This document shows, piece by piece, positions 1 through 12,391 of a stretch of 64,000 nucleotides of DNA. Numbering within the stretch: the first letter of the stretch is position 1; the number at the start of each line of letters is the position of its first letter. The position numbers were made by a program, and so were the translations under genes. The DNA is taken from positions 7,688,001 through 7,752,000 of the forward strand of contig NC_086108.1 of NCBI RefSeq assembly GCF_963921235.1, given 5' to 3'. The notes below the pieces were generated by a model, which saw only the letters and a program-made list of their open reading frames with translations, did not search any database and was not told the DNA's origin. Origin of the DNA: Mobula hypostoma (Eukaryota).

Positions 1-1130
1 CTGAACGACTGGTATACTGTTATGCTCACCTCAAAAACAAGCAACTGCTTTGAGAGGCTGGTCAAGGACTACATCTGCAGCATGCTGCCATCCACATTGG
101 ACCCCTACAATTCACCTACCGACACAACCGATCGACAGATGACGCAATAGCCACAACTCTACACAGCGTTCTTACACATCTGGAGAAGAAGGATGCTTAT
201 GTGAGAATGCTGTCCTTGGACTACAGTTCAGCATTCAACACCATAATTCCCTCCAAACACGACAGGAAGTTCAGAGACCTCGTGCTTCACCCGGCCTTGT
301 GCAGCTGGATCCTGAACTTTCTGTCAGATCACTGGCAGGTGGTAAGAGTGGACTCCCTCACCTCTGCCTCTCTGACCCTCAACACAGGTGTCCCTCAGGG
401 CTGTGTCCTAAGCCCCTCTCCTTTACTGATGATACTGCATTGATTGGCCTAATCTCAAATAACGACGCAGCCTACAGAGAAGTCATCACCCTGACACAGT
501 GGTGTCAAGAAAACAAACTCTCCCTCAATGTCACAGAAACAAAGAGGCTGGTTGTGGACTACAGGAGGAATGGAGACAGGCTAACCTCTATTGACATCAA
601 TGGCTCTGGGGCTGAGAGGGTGAACAGCTTTAAGTTCCTCGGCATAAACATCACTGAGGATCTCACGTGGTCTGTACATACCAGCTGTGTGGTGAAAAAG
701 GCACAACAGCGCCTCTTTCACCTGACTGGCTGCATCACTCCCTGGTATGGGAACAGTTCTTCCCTCTATTGTAGGACTCTGCAGAGAGTAGTGCGGACAG
801 CCCAGTGCATCTGTAGATTTGAACTTCCCACTACAAGACATTTACAAAGACAAGTGTGTGAAAAAGGCCCAAGGATCATTGGGTCTCGAGTCACCCCAGT
901 CACAAACTGTTCCAGCTGCTACCGTCCGGGAAACAGTACTGCAGCATAAAAGCCAGGATCAACAGGCTCCAGGACAGCTTCTTCCACCAGGCCGTCAGAC
1001 TGATTAATTCACGCTGATACAATTGTATTTCTATGTAATATTGACTGTCCTGTTGTACATACTATTTATTACAAATTATTATAAATTGCACATTGCACAT
1101 TTAGGCAGAGATTTAACGTAAAGATTTATG
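1..1130 (+). mobile_element. Rex1/Babar-like LINE 3' fragment (decayed RT)
   Basis: ORFs 201-443 and 299-949 carry [32 protein letters not shown] and FKFLGINI motifs with frameshifts; AT-rich 3' UTR. Confidence 0.85.
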
Positions 1131-1703
1131 AAGGATGCAAGTAATGCAGTCAAGTCAATTGAATTCAATTCATTTGTTTTTGTGTTTCTTAGTTTCGTGG
1201 CTGCCTGTTAGGAGACAAATCTCAAGGATGTGTAATGTATACATACTTTGATAATAAATGTACTTTGAACTTTGATTCACCACTCTCTGGCTAAAGGAAT
1301 TCCTCCCCATCTCTGTTCTATAAGGACGCCACTCTATTCTGAGGCCATGTCTTCTCGTCTTAGACTCTCCCACCACAGGAAACATCTCCACATCCACTCT
1401 GTCAAGGCCTTTCATCATTCGATAGTTACAATGAGGTCATGCCTCATTTTTCTGAATTCTAGTGAATACAGGACCAGAACCATCAAATGCTCTTCATATG
1501 ACAGGCCAGTCAATTGTGGAATCATTTCCTTTGAACTCTACATTATTTTGAAGAAATGGGGCCCAAACCTGTTCACAATACTCTGTGAGGCCTCACCAGT
1601 GCTTAGACCATAAGAAATAGGAGCAGAATTAGGCCATTCAGCCCATCAAGTCTGTTTCGCCATTCCATCATGGCCGACCCCGGATCCTACTCAACCACAT
1701 ACA

Positions 1704-3705
1704 TAGAAACATAGAAACATAGAAAATAGGTGCAGGAGTAGGCCATTCGGCCCTTCGAGCCTGCACCGCCATTTATTATGATCATGGCTGATCATCCAAC
1801 TCAGAACCCCGCCTTCCCTCCATACCCCCTGACCCCTGTAGCCACAAGGGCCATATCTAACTCCCTCTTAAACATAGCCAATGAACTGGCCTCAACAGTT
1901 TGCTGAGGCAGAGAATTCCACAGATTCACCACTCTCTGTGTGAAGAAGTTTTTCTTAATCTCGGTCCTAAAAGGCTTCCCCTCTATCCTCAAACTGTGAC
2001 CCCTCGTTCTGGACCTCCCCAACATCGGGAACAATCTTCCCGCATCTAGCTTGTCCAATCCCTTTAGGATCTTATACGTTTCAATCAGATCCCCCCTCAA
2101 TCTTCTAAATTCCAACGAGTACAAGCCCAGTTCATCCAGTCTTTCTTCATATGAAAGACCTGCCATCCCAGGAATCAATCTGGTGAACCTTCTTTGTACT
2201 CCCTCTATGGCAAAGATGTCTTTCCTCAGATTAGGGGACCAAAATTGCACACAATACTCCAGGTGTGGTCTCACCAAGGCCTTGTACAACTGCAGTAGTA
2301 CCTCCCTGCTCCTGTACTCGAATCCTCTCGCTATAAATGCCAGCATACCATTCGCCTTTTTCACCGCCTGCTGTACCTGCATGCCCACTTTCAATGACTG
2401 GTGTATAATGACACCCAGGTCTCGTTGCACCTCCTCTTTTCCTAATCGGCCACCATTCAGATAATAATCTGTTTTCCTATTTTTGCCACCAAAGTGGATA
2501 ACTCCACATTTATCCACATTAAATTGCATCTGCCATGAGTTTGCCCACTCACCCAACCTATCCAAGTCACCCTGCATCCTCTTAGCATCCTCCTCACTGC
2601 TAACACTGCCACCCAGCTTCGTGTCATCCGCAAACTTGGAGATGCTGCATTTAATTCCCTCATCCAAGTCATTAATATATATTGTAAACAACTGGGGTCC
2701 CAGCACTGAGCCTTGCGGTACCCCACTAGTCACCGCCTGCCATTCTGAAAAGGTCCCGTTTATTCCCACTCTTTGCTTCCTGTCTGCTAACCAATTCTCC
2801 ACCCACACCAATACCTTACCCCCAATACCGTGTGCTTTAAGTTTGCACACTAATCTCCTGTGTGGGACCTTGTCAAAAGCCTTTTGAAAATCCAAATAGA
2901 CCACATCCACTGGTTCTCCCCTATCCACTCTACTAGTTACATCCTCAAAAAATTCTATGAGATTCGTCAGACATGAGTTTCCTTTCACAAATCCATGCTG
3001 ACTTTGTCCGATCATTTCACCGCTTTCCAAATGTGCTGTTATCACATCCTTGATAACTGACTCCAGCAGTTTCCCCACCACCGACGTTAGGCTAACCGGC
3101 CTGTAATTCCCCGGTTTCTCTCTCCCTCCTTTTTTAAAAAGTGGGGTTACATTAGCCACCCTCCAATCCTCAGGAACTAGTCCAGAATCTAACGAGTTTT
3201 GAAAAATTATCACTAATGCATCCACTATTTCTTGGGCTACTTCCTTAAGCACTCTGGGATGCAGACCATCTGGCCCTGGGGATTTATCTGCCTTCAATCC
3301 CTTCAATTTACCTAACACCACTTCCCTACTAACATGTATTTCACTCAGTTCCTCCATCTCACTGGACCCTCTGTCCCTTACTATTTCTGGAAGATTATTT
3401 ATGTCCTCCTTAGTGAAGACAGAACCAAAGTAATTATTCAATTGGTCTGCCATGTCCTTGCTCCCCATAATCAATTCACCTGTTTCTGTCTGCAGGGGAC
3501 CTACATTTGTCTTTATCAGTCTTTTCCTTTTTACATATCTATAAAAGCTTTTACAGTCCGTTTTTATGTTCTCTGCCAGTTTTCTCTCATAATCTTTTTT
3601 CCCCTTCCTAATTAAGCCCTTTGTCCTCCTCTGCTGAACTCTGAATTTCTCCCAGTCCTCAGGTGAGCCACTTTCTCTGGCTAATTTGTATGCTACTTCT
3701 TTGGA
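1704..3705 (-). mobile_element. Young 5'-truncated CR1 LINE with an uninterrupted RT-to-C-terminus frame
   Basis: About 630 stop-free codons (GNYRPVSLTS, YLDFQKAFD, GVPQGSVLGP, FADD); (TTTCTATG)n tail; 5-bp TSD ATACA at 1699-1703 and 3706-3710. Confidence 0.93.
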
Positions 3706-4194
3706 ATACACCTGCCTTCTTGCCATATCCCTTGATGCACTGTACTGACTGACCACGAAACTATCAATTTCTGCCTTAAATATACCCACGGACTTGGCCT
3801 CCATTGCAGTCTGTGACAAGGGCATTCCACAGAGTCACCATCACCTGGCTAAAAAAAATTCCTCCTCATCTCTGTTCTTAATGGTCGCCCCTCAATTTTG
3901 AGGCTGTGCCCTCTAGTTCTGGATACTCCCACCATAGGAAACACCCTCTCCACAAGCACCCTATCTTGTCCTTTCAACATTCGGTAGGTTTCTACTAAAC
4001 TCCAGTAAGTACTGGCACAAAGCTGTCAAATGCTCCTCATATGTTAACCTCTTTATTCCCAGAATCATCTTGGTGAACCTGCTCTGGACTCTCTCCAATG
4101 ACAACGCATCCTTTCTGAGATATGGGCCCAAAACTGTTGATAATATTCCTAGTGCGACCTTACTAGTGTCTAATAAAGCCTCAGCATTATCTCG

Positions 4195-4352
4195 CAAACA
4201 ACAGGAATTCTGCAGATGCTGGAAATTCAAGCAACACACATCAAAGTTGCTGGTCATCAGGACGAAGGGTCTTGGCCTGAAACGTCGACTGCACCTCCTC
4301 CCAGAGATGCTGCCTGGCCTGCTGCGTTCACCAGCAACTTTGATGTGTGTTG
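4195..4352. mobile_element. Short fold-back Penelope-terminal-repeat insertion (one arm internally deleted)
   Basis: caacacacatcaaagttgctggt...accagcaactttgatgtgtgttg inverted repeat; 15-bp TSD with 1 mismatch (ctcagcatta[t/a]ctcg at 4180-4194 and 4353-4367); same sequence as the PLE end at 27531-27680. Confidence 0.85.
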
Positions 4353-6267
4353 CTCAGCATTAACTCGTTGCTTTTATATTCTATTCCCCTTGAAATAAAT
4401 GCCAACATTGCATTTGCCTTCTTTACCACAGACTCAACCTGTAAATTAACCTTCTGGGAGTCTTGCACGAGGACGCTTAAGTCCTTCTGCACCTCTGATG
4501 TTTGAACTTTCTCCCCATTTAGATAATATTCCGTACAAGTGTTCCGTTTACCAAAATGCATTATCATACATTTCCCAACACTGTATTCCATCTGTCACTT
4601 TTTTGCCCATTCTTGCAATTTGTCTAAGTCCTGCTGCAATCACATTACTTCCTCAGCACTACCTACCCCTCCACCTATCTTCATATCATCTTCAAACTTT
4701 GCCACAAAGCCATCAAGTCCTAATCATTGACAAACAATGTAAAAAGTAGCAGTCCCAATGCTGACCCCCGAGGAACACCACTAGTCTCTGGCAGCCAACC
4801 AGAAAAGGCCCCCTTTATTCCCGCTTGCTGCCAGTATCTTTCCTGTAACGCCATAGGATTTTATCTTGTTCAGCAGCCTCATGTGTGGCACCTTATCGAA
4901 GCCTTCTGAAAATCCAAGATGACATCCACTGCCTCTCCTATGTCCACGCTACATGTTACTTCCTTGAAGGACTCCAACAGATTTGTCAGGCAAGATTTCC
5001 TTTTACAGAAACCATGCTGAATTTGATTATTTTATCATTAGTCTCCAAGTACCTCGAAACCTCATCCTTAATAATAGACTTCAACACTTTCACAACCACT
5101 GAAGTTAGGCTAACTGACCTATAATTTCCTTTCTTTTGCCTTCCTCCCTTCTTAAAGAGTGGAGTGACATTTGTAATCTTCCAGTCCTTTGGGACCATGC
5201 CAGGATCAAGTGATTCTTGAATGATCATGACCAATGCATCTGTTATCTCTTCAGCAACCTCTCTTAGGACTCTGGGATGTAGTCCATCTGGCCCAGGTGC
5301 CTTATCCACCTTAAGACCTTCCAGTTTGCCTTGGACTTTTTCCTTTGTAATAGCAATGGCACTCACACCTGCTCCCTGACACTCGTGGACCTCTTACATA
5401 CTGCTATTGTCTTCCACAGTGAAGACAGATGCAAACTACCCATTAAGTTCATCTGCCATTTCTTTGCCCCCCATTACTACCTCACCAGCATCATTTTCCA
5501 GTGGTCCAATACCAACTCTCACCTCCCTTTTACTCTTTATATAACTGAAAAACATTTAGAATCCTGCTTTATATTATTGGCTGGTCTGCCCTCATATTTC
5601 ATCTTTCTGCTTCTTAAAGCTCTTTTAGTTGCCTTTTGTAGGATTTTAAAAGCTTCCCAATCATCCAACTTCCCACTCATTTTTGCTACCTTATATGCCC
5701 TTTCCTTGGCTTTTACGGAGCCTTAACTTCCCTTGTCTGCCACGGTTGCCTACCCCTGTCATTAGAGAATTTCTTCTTCTATGGGACTTATCTATCTGCG
5801 CCTTGTGAACTATTCCCAGAAACTTCAGCCATCTCTGCTCTGCTGTCATCCTCCTCCAATCCTAACTGGGCAAGCTCCTCTCTCATGCCTCTGTAATTCC
5901 CTTTATTCCATTGCGATACTGATAAATCTGACTTATGCATCTCCCTCTCAACTTGCAGTATGCATTCAATCATATTATGATCAATGTCTCCTAAGGGTTT
6001 CTTTACATTAAGCTCCCTAATAAGATTTGGGTATTACACAACACCCAATCTAAGATATCCTTTTCCCTGAATAGGCTCAAGCACAAGCTGCTCTAAAAAA
6101 CCATCTCATCAGCATTCAACAAATTCCCTCTTTTGCAATCCGACAGTAACCTGATTTTCCCAATCCCTGTGCATGTTGAAATCCTTCATTACAATTGTGA
6201 CATGCCTTTTCCGCCTCCCTTTGCAATCCCAAACCCACATCTTGGCTACTATTTGGAGGCCTATATA

Positions 6268-6622
6268 CACAACCTTGTTGTAATTTGGAAGTTTGCTGCT
6301 TTAATGAAACTGGAGAGTCAGGGCTTTAGGCTTTGGAGGGTCACCAATACCACACAGGTCAAAGGGTAGAGGCCAGACTAAGAGTGGTCCACTGGTCCTC
6401 CAGGTTCAGGGGGTTCAGCTCGGGGCTAAAAACCCTGACTTATAAAACTATTAAGGAAACAGCAATGAAGAATTATATATCTGGGTGCAACAATACTGGG
6501 ACTTGTTGACTGACAGTAGTGAAAACCAAGAGGAAACTACTGACACGATGAAGGAAGCCCTGAACACCACCAGAGATGGAGGACCTTCATTACTGCCCTA
6601 AATGCCAGTGGCGCAATTGGGT
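6268..6622 (+). mobile_element. RTE/Expander-derived bipartite non-autonomous element (5' leader plus 3' end)
   Basis: Leader motifs caaccttgttgt...gggtcacc...caggtcaaagggtagaggccagactaagag...gggttcagctcggggctaaaaaccc, then an RTE-like 3' end (agagatggagg...gccctaaatgcc). Second copy at about 20905-21098 (-). Confidence 0.6.
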
Positions 6623-6875
6623 TGGGGGGGGGGGAGGGGAGAGGAGAGAGGGAGGGGAAGAGACATACAACTTACTCTTGTCCCCTTTTCCTCCATTACT
6701 ATTAATCCTCTCGCACTGACACATCAGAGCTCAGTCACTGGAGTCAGACTGGAACACAACAGGTCTGATCACAGCAAGCTGCCTCGGTGGAAACAGTGAC
6801 CATCAGCACTCCTTCCTGATTGAGGTCAGCATCTTGGGGACTTCAGTAACAGGCAAGTTCTGCTGCATGTCAATT

Positions 6876-7540
6876 TTAGATTAGATTATGAGAACACTCA
6901 GTTCTCGTTTATTGTCATTTAGAAATGCATGCATGCATTAAGAAATGAAACAATGTTCCTCCAGAGTGATATCACAGAAAAACTGGACAAACCAAAGACT
7001 AACACTGACAGAACCACATAATTATAACATATAGTTGCAGCAGTGCAAAGCAATACCATAACTTGATAAAGAACAGACCATGGACATGGTAAAAAAAAGT
7101 CTCAAAGTCCCGAGTCCCCGATAGCAGGCAGCAAAGGGAAAAACTCACTGCCATAAACCTCCAGGCGCTGACAACTGCTGATGCATTGGAAGCACCCAAC
7201 CACAGCCGACACTGAGTCCGTCCGTCCAGAAACTTCGAGCCTCCGACCGGCCCCTCCGATACAGCCTCCCGAGTGCCAACCTCTGCCAAACGCCTTCAAC
7301 CTCGCTCCGGCCGCCGAAACAAGCAAAGCCGAGGATTCGGGGCCTTTTCCCCCCCGAGATTCCGGACCACACAGTAACAGCGGCAGCGAAGCAGGCATTT
7401 CAGAAGTTTCTCCAGATGTTCCTCCATACTCTCACGTCTGTCTCCATCAAATCAGAATTGTGCACGGTCCCCTACTTGACAAATAACAGACATCACCACC
7501 GGAGTGGCTGCGCGCGCTGCGTCGCGCCGCCATCTTCTCC
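6876..7540 (-). mobile_element. Non-autonomous retroposon (AAGATGGCGGCG 5' end, AATAAA plus short-repeat tail; probably Rex1-related)
   Basis: Aligns by eye over its length to 8735-9325 in the opposite orientation; CpG-rich 5' end; (AATCT)n tail. Confidence 0.7.
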
Positions 7541-8346
7541 TCCTCCCTTGTATGGTGGGATGGAGATACGTCTCTACCAAAGGAGGTGCAAGGCAGTCCT
7601 TCTCTCCGTTGGGGTCACTCGTCTTGTAAAGACGCTGCCAACAAAAAAAGGCAATGGCAAACCACTTCTGTGGAAAAATTTGCCAAGAACAATCATGGTC
7701 ATAGATCATGATCATCCACGTCATAAGACACGGCACATAATGAAGAAGAAAACGGCTGCATGCAGAATGCTTTCATTCATTTGTTATGTGCCATGTTGTA
7801 TGACGTGGGTGATCACGGTCTTTCTGTGACTGGCAGCTCATCTATGAGAAGGAAGATTCTGATCTCAAACCACTGTTGCCTTGTTACAACATTCACTCAC
7901 GGGGAAGGCTTCGGAAGTAAACCTGGAGGGAAAAATCCGTAGCTGGAGTCCCCAAGGCAGTCCTACATTGAGTTCAACATGGACTAGCAACTCCTGTGAT
8001 GCTGCTGGTGCCAAACTGCATAGGTCTCTGCCATTCCTTTGGATTAATCAACTGTGTGGAGAGGGGGAGACTACTGCATGGCAACAGCATGCTCTCTGCC
8101 CTGGCTTGCATATCATGTAGGCAGGTAGGACACAAAATCCATGGTCGACCCCGACCAATGGAGGCTTCCACCCAATACCCTAAGGATGTATCTCCAGGAT
8201 TTCTTGAGTCAGTGCAGAGTAACAATAATCAGTTTAAGAATAGCAATCATGGGCACCTGATTTCTCATGAATCAGTATCTCTGCAGCTGTATTCCCCAGA
8301 GTCAAAATGTAGCATTACTTTAGTAATAGACTGCTGGCTCAAATAC

Positions 8347-8446
8347 CTTTTTGATCATGGTGGTCTCATTTGGATCGAGCTTGACTTTCTTAGCTTTAGG
8401 TCCATCTTCTTCAGTGGGTCCAACTTTTACCACCTTCTGCTTCTCT
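8347..8446 (-). CDS. SAE1: SAE1 internal coding exon (100 nt; probably orthologous to human exon 5)
   Basis: Not in the ORF track. Acceptor ccttgcag|A, donor AAG|gtattt. Splices in frame to the 143-nt exon (GA+A) and reads EEKQKVVKVGPTEEDGPKAKKVKLDPNETTMIKK, like SAE1 EEKTKVAKVSQGVEDGPDTKRAKLDSSETTMVKK. Confidence 0.94.
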
Positions 8447-8734
8447 CTGCAAGGTTCAATGGAGATCAAAGACACTTTATACTCTTATGTAACATATATT
8501 TACTTATTGACATACAGTGTGGAATAGGCCCTTCCAGATCTTTGAGTCACGGTGCCCAGCAATCCCCTGATTTAATACTAGTTTAATCATGGATTAATTT
8601 ACAATGACCATCTCACCTACGTCTTTGGACTGTGGGAAGTCACGGGGGGAACATACCAACTCCTTACAGGTACTGGCAGGAATTGAACCTGGTTTGCCTG
8701 CACTGTAAAGCGTTGTGTTAACTATGCTAACAAG

Positions 8735-9325
8735 TGCGCAGCTCTCCGGTGAAAAATGATGTTGTATCTGTTAAATAGGGGCCATGGACAATTCTGATTT
8801 GATGGAGATAGACGTGAAAGCACAGAGGAACATCTGGAGAAATTTCTGAAACACCCGTCCACTGCTGTCGTTATTGTGTGGTCGGGAATCTTTTCGGAGG
8901 GTAGGCCTCAAAATCCCCGGCCTTGCCTGCTTTTGGCGACCGAGAAAGAGGTCGAATCGCTCGGACAGAGACGGCGCTCAGTACTCGGTGTCGGAGAGCT
9001 GATCAGAGCTCGAAGTTTTCGGATGACTCAGAGTCGGATTGTGGTCGGCATGGCAGGGAGAGTTTTTCTTCCTTCTCCCGTCTGCGTGAGATGTGGGACA
9101 TTTGAGAAACTTTGAACTTTACTGTGCTCACGGACTTCTTCATCAAGTTATGGTATTGTTGCCCTGTTGTAACTACATGTTATAATTATGTGGTTTTGTC
9201 AGTTTTTTCAGTCTTGGTTTGTCCCGTGTTTTGTGATATCGCACCGGAGGAAATAATGTATCATTTCTTAATGCATGCATTATTAAATGACAATAAAAGA
9301 GGACTACGTGTCTTCACAATCTAAA
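8735..9325 (+). mobile_element. Second, inverted copy of the 6876-7540 family
   Basis: Shares acaattctgatttgatggaga, gaggaacatctggagaaa and ttcttaatgcatgcat...aaatgacaataaa with the first copy. Confidence 0.75.
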
Positions 9326-9817
9326 AATATGGGTGGCAAGAAAACATAGAGCATAGAGCAGTATAGACCGTTTGGTGCACAATGTTGTGCCGACCTTTTC
9401 ACCTCCTCTAAGATCAGCCTAACTCTTCCCTTCCACTTAGCTCTCTGTGGTTCTTCCATCCGCGAGCTTAAGAGTCTCCTACATGCCTCTACCAACACAC
9501 CTGACAGAACGTCCACACACCCACCACTATCTAAAAAACAACCCTACTTCTGACAACGACGTGCCTATATCTAACTATCTCTTAAATGTCCCTAATGTAT
9601 TTGCCTCTATCACAACCTCAGGCAAGATGTTCCACTCGCCCACCACTCTCTGTGTGAAAAAAACAATCTTTGATATCTGTTATGTTTTGTACCTTTAAAA
9701 CATTAAACTAATTCAAAGAAAGAGAGAGCAGTCCGGGAATGCAGGTCTAACTTCGAGTTTACTTTAAGCGAGGCACGCATGCATCACTGGTAATGTGATT
9801 TATTTATGTATGTATTG

Positions 9818-10070
9818 ACATACAGTGCATAATAGGATCTTCCAGCCCTTCAAGCTGTGCTGCCCAGCAAGCCCCCGATTTAATCCTAGCCTAATAACGG
9901 GATAATTTACGATGACCAATTAACCTACCAAGCGATATGTCTTTGGAATATAGGGAAAAACTGATCACCTGGAGGAAACCCACGCAGTCACAGGCAGAAC
10001 ACAGCGGCAGGAAGTGAACCCAGGACGCCAGTGCTGTGAAGCACTGCGCGAGCTATTATGCTACCGTACT
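9818..10070 (-). mobile_element. tRNA-derived SINE (HE1/V-SINE-like); related copy at about 8510-8730
   Basis: Minus-strand tRNA-like head (acggtagcataatagctcgcgca...gggttcacttcc), ggtttcctccagg body and CR1-like tail. Confidence 0.6.
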
Positions 10071-10305
10071 GTGATGATGTAAGCAATCTACGCAATTATA
10101 CATATAATCTGTAATCATTATTTAAACAAAAAGAATGTTTAAATTTATTCTCTGTGGAGGATTTCTTGTGGGATAACATATTCCTGACAAGGGGGATCAC
10201 TCTGCCTGGCACGTGAGACTTGTGGCTATGAAACAATCTCAGGTTCTGGGGCCTAATAATATTTTGACGATGTAAAACAAGACAGCACACCCTCCCCCTT
10301 GTAAA

Positions 10306-10910
10306 GCACACACACAAAATGGAGGAGGAACTGTGTAGATCAGGCAGCATCTATGGAAATGAATAGATAGTCGACGTTTCGGTCTGAGACCCTTCTTCAG
10401 GACTGAGCAGAAAAGGGAAAGGTGACAGAATAAAATGATGAGGAGGGCAGGGGAAGGAGGCCAGCTGGAAGGTGATAGGTGAAGCCAGGTGGATACAAAA
10501 GAGCAAGGGATCTGATAGGAGAGCAAAGTGGACCATAGGAGGAAGGGAAGGAAGAGGAGACACAGGGGAGTATGATAGGCAGGTGAGAAGAAGTAAGAGG
10601 TCAGAGTGGAGAACAGAGGAGTGGGGGGGGGTAGTTTTGTTTAACGAAAGGAGAAATAGATATTCATGCCATGAGGTGGAGGCCGTCCAGACAGAACATA
10701 AGGTGTTGCTCCTCCACCCTGAGGGTGGCCTCATCTTGGCAGAAGAGAAGGCTATGGACTGAAACGTTGGAATGGGAATCGGAATTAAAATGTTTGGCCA
10801 CTGGGAAGACCTGCTTCTGCCAGATGGAGCGGAGGTGCTTCATGAAGAGGTCCCCCAATTTACGACGGGCACCTGACACAATAAACGACCCCAGCAGATT
10901 CACAGGTGAA
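10306..10910 (-). mobile_element. Penelope-like element 3' fragment (GIY-YIG C-terminus plus terminal repeat), older subfamily
   Basis: ORF 10664-10933 RRKLGDLFMKHLRS...PVAKHFNS...EEQHLMFCL is homologous to 27968-28243; the terminal repeat carries a hammerhead motif. Confidence 0.85.
10369..10404 (-). ncRNA. Minimal type-I hammerhead ribozyme motif (core intact)
   Basis: Minus strand AGTC CTGAAGA AG GGTC TCA GACC GAAA CGTC GACT: CUGANGA and GAAA cores, GUC cleavage triplet, stem I AGTC/GACT, palindromic ACGT in place of stem III. Confidence 0.7.
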
Positions 10911-11129
10911 CATCCCCCTATACTTTCCTCCAATCATCTTCAAATTTACCTCACCCCCGTATTAAACATTTCTGCCCTGGGAAAAATTCTCTGGCTTCAC
11001 TTGATATATGCCCCTTATCATTTTGTACACCTCAATCAAGTCGCCTCTCATTCTCCTTCTCACCGAAGAGAAAAGCCCTAGTTCACTCAACCTTTGCTCA
11101 TCTGACATGTTCGCTAATCCAGCCAACAT

Positions 11130-11533
11130 TAGAAGGATGAGGGGGAACCTCTTTGAAACCTTTCGAATGTTGAAAGGCCTAGACAGAGTAGATGTGGAAA
11201 AGATGTTTTCCATGGTGGGAGAGTCTAGGACAAGAGGGCACAGCCTCAGGATAGAGGGGATTCCATTTAAACAGAGTGGTAGAGAAATTTCTTTAGCCAA
11301 AGGGTGCTGAATTTGTGGAATTTGTTACCACATGCAGCTGTGGAGGCCAGGTTATTGGGTGTATTTAAGACAGAGATTGATAGGTATTTGATTGGTCACA
11401 GCATCAAAGGCTATGGGGAGAAAGCTGAGGTGTGGGGCTGAGGAGGAGAAAAAAGGATCAGCCATGATTGAATGGCGGAGCAGATTTGATGGGCCAAATG
11501 GCCTACTTCTGCTCCTATGTCTTATGGTCTTAC
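11130..11533 (+). mobile_element. CR1 3' fragment
   Basis: RRMRGNLFETFRMLKGLDRVDVEKMF...SRTRGHSLRI, then CR1 3' UTR and tail. Confidence 0.85.
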
Positions 11534-12163
11534 AGCCTAACATCCCGTAGTGGCTAGTGTAATGCTTCATAGTGCCAGTGTTTGGGGTTTCATTTCCATC
11601 GCTGTGTGTAAGGAGTTTCACCCTGCGACCCGATGATATTTCTCCCACAGTGCCAAGGTGTAAAGGTTAGTAAGTTGTGGGCATGCTACATTGGCACCGG
11701 AAGCGTGGCAACATTTCATGCTGTCCCCAGCACGTTGTGGTCTGCGTTGGATGCTGATGCAAATGACATTTCATTGTATATTTCAATGGTTTTGATGTAC
11801 ATGTTTCAAAGTAGATTTATTTTCAAAGTACGTGTGCAGTATAGAACCCTGACACCTGTTGTCTTCCACACTCTGGTTGAACACACTAATTAGGCAGTCT
11901 TTCACTGATTCTGTTATGGTTACTACTCTATAGATTTATTGAGTATGCCCACAAGAAAATGAATCTCAGGGTTGTATATGACGACATACGCGTATTTTGA
12001 TAATAAATTTAATTTGAACTTTTTAACTTTGAAAAATTGTTTGCAGGGCCGAAGGAAAAGGGGAAAAAGAATTTCACCAGAAAATCTTAGCACCCATGAA
12101 AATCTGTTGAAACAACGATGAGATACGTTGTGCTGGAAAAGCCATTTAATCTTTTGAACTTAC

Positions 12164-12306
12164 TCCACAAATTCATGCTCTCCCAGGTCAGCAAACATGT
12201 AACCGTGGTAACCAAAGACATCGCCAGCAAAGAACTTGATATGGTGCGCTCGGCAGAACTGATCAATCTGGACCATTACATCACGAGGACAACAAGTCAG
12301 GCACAC
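12164..12306 (-). CDS. SAE1: SAE1 internal coding exon (143 nt; probably orthologous to human exon 4)
   Basis: Translates VCLTCCPRDVMVQIDQFCRAHHIKFFAGDVFGYHGYMFADLGEHEFVE, matching vertebrate SAE1 (VCLTCCSRDV...KFFTGDVFGYHGYTFANLGEHEFVE, from memory). Acceptor tttccctctcgcag|GTG, donor GA|gtaagt; phase 0 start, phase 2 end. Confidence 0.96.
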
Positions 12307-12391
12307 CTGCGAGAGGGAAATAAATATTACTAAAAGGTTCAAAGGTTCATTTTATTGTCAAAGAATGCATGTACAATACAACTCTGATATT

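Larger units (their letters stand above)
1606..6270 (-). mobile_element. Older CR1 LINE, 5'-truncated, carrying two nested insertions
   Basis: CR1 3' tail at about 1606 resumes at 3706. Fragmented ORF2 (KAPGPDGLHPRVL, GNYRSVSLTSVV) in ORFs 4986-5366 and 4328-4591. Confidence 0.85.

Noticed and set aside
2051..2887. Plus-strand ORFs of 130-140 aa, with similar ones opposite other CR1s
   Set aside because: Antisense shadows of CR1 ORF2.
6676..6748. Possible next SAE1 exon (perfect AGA|gtaagt donor, gttgtgttccag acceptor)
   Set aside because: No similarity to the expected SAE1 sequence and an early in-frame stop; only a weak cryptic-exon candidate.
7996..8586. 196-aa plus-strand ORF
   Set aside because: Runs through a repeat and antisense across the SAE1 exon; no recognisable motif.
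9678..10178. Possible second solo LTR (TGTTAT...ATAACA) interrupted by a SINE
   Set aside because: Flanks tatc/tatt do not match exactly and the right boundary is uncertain.
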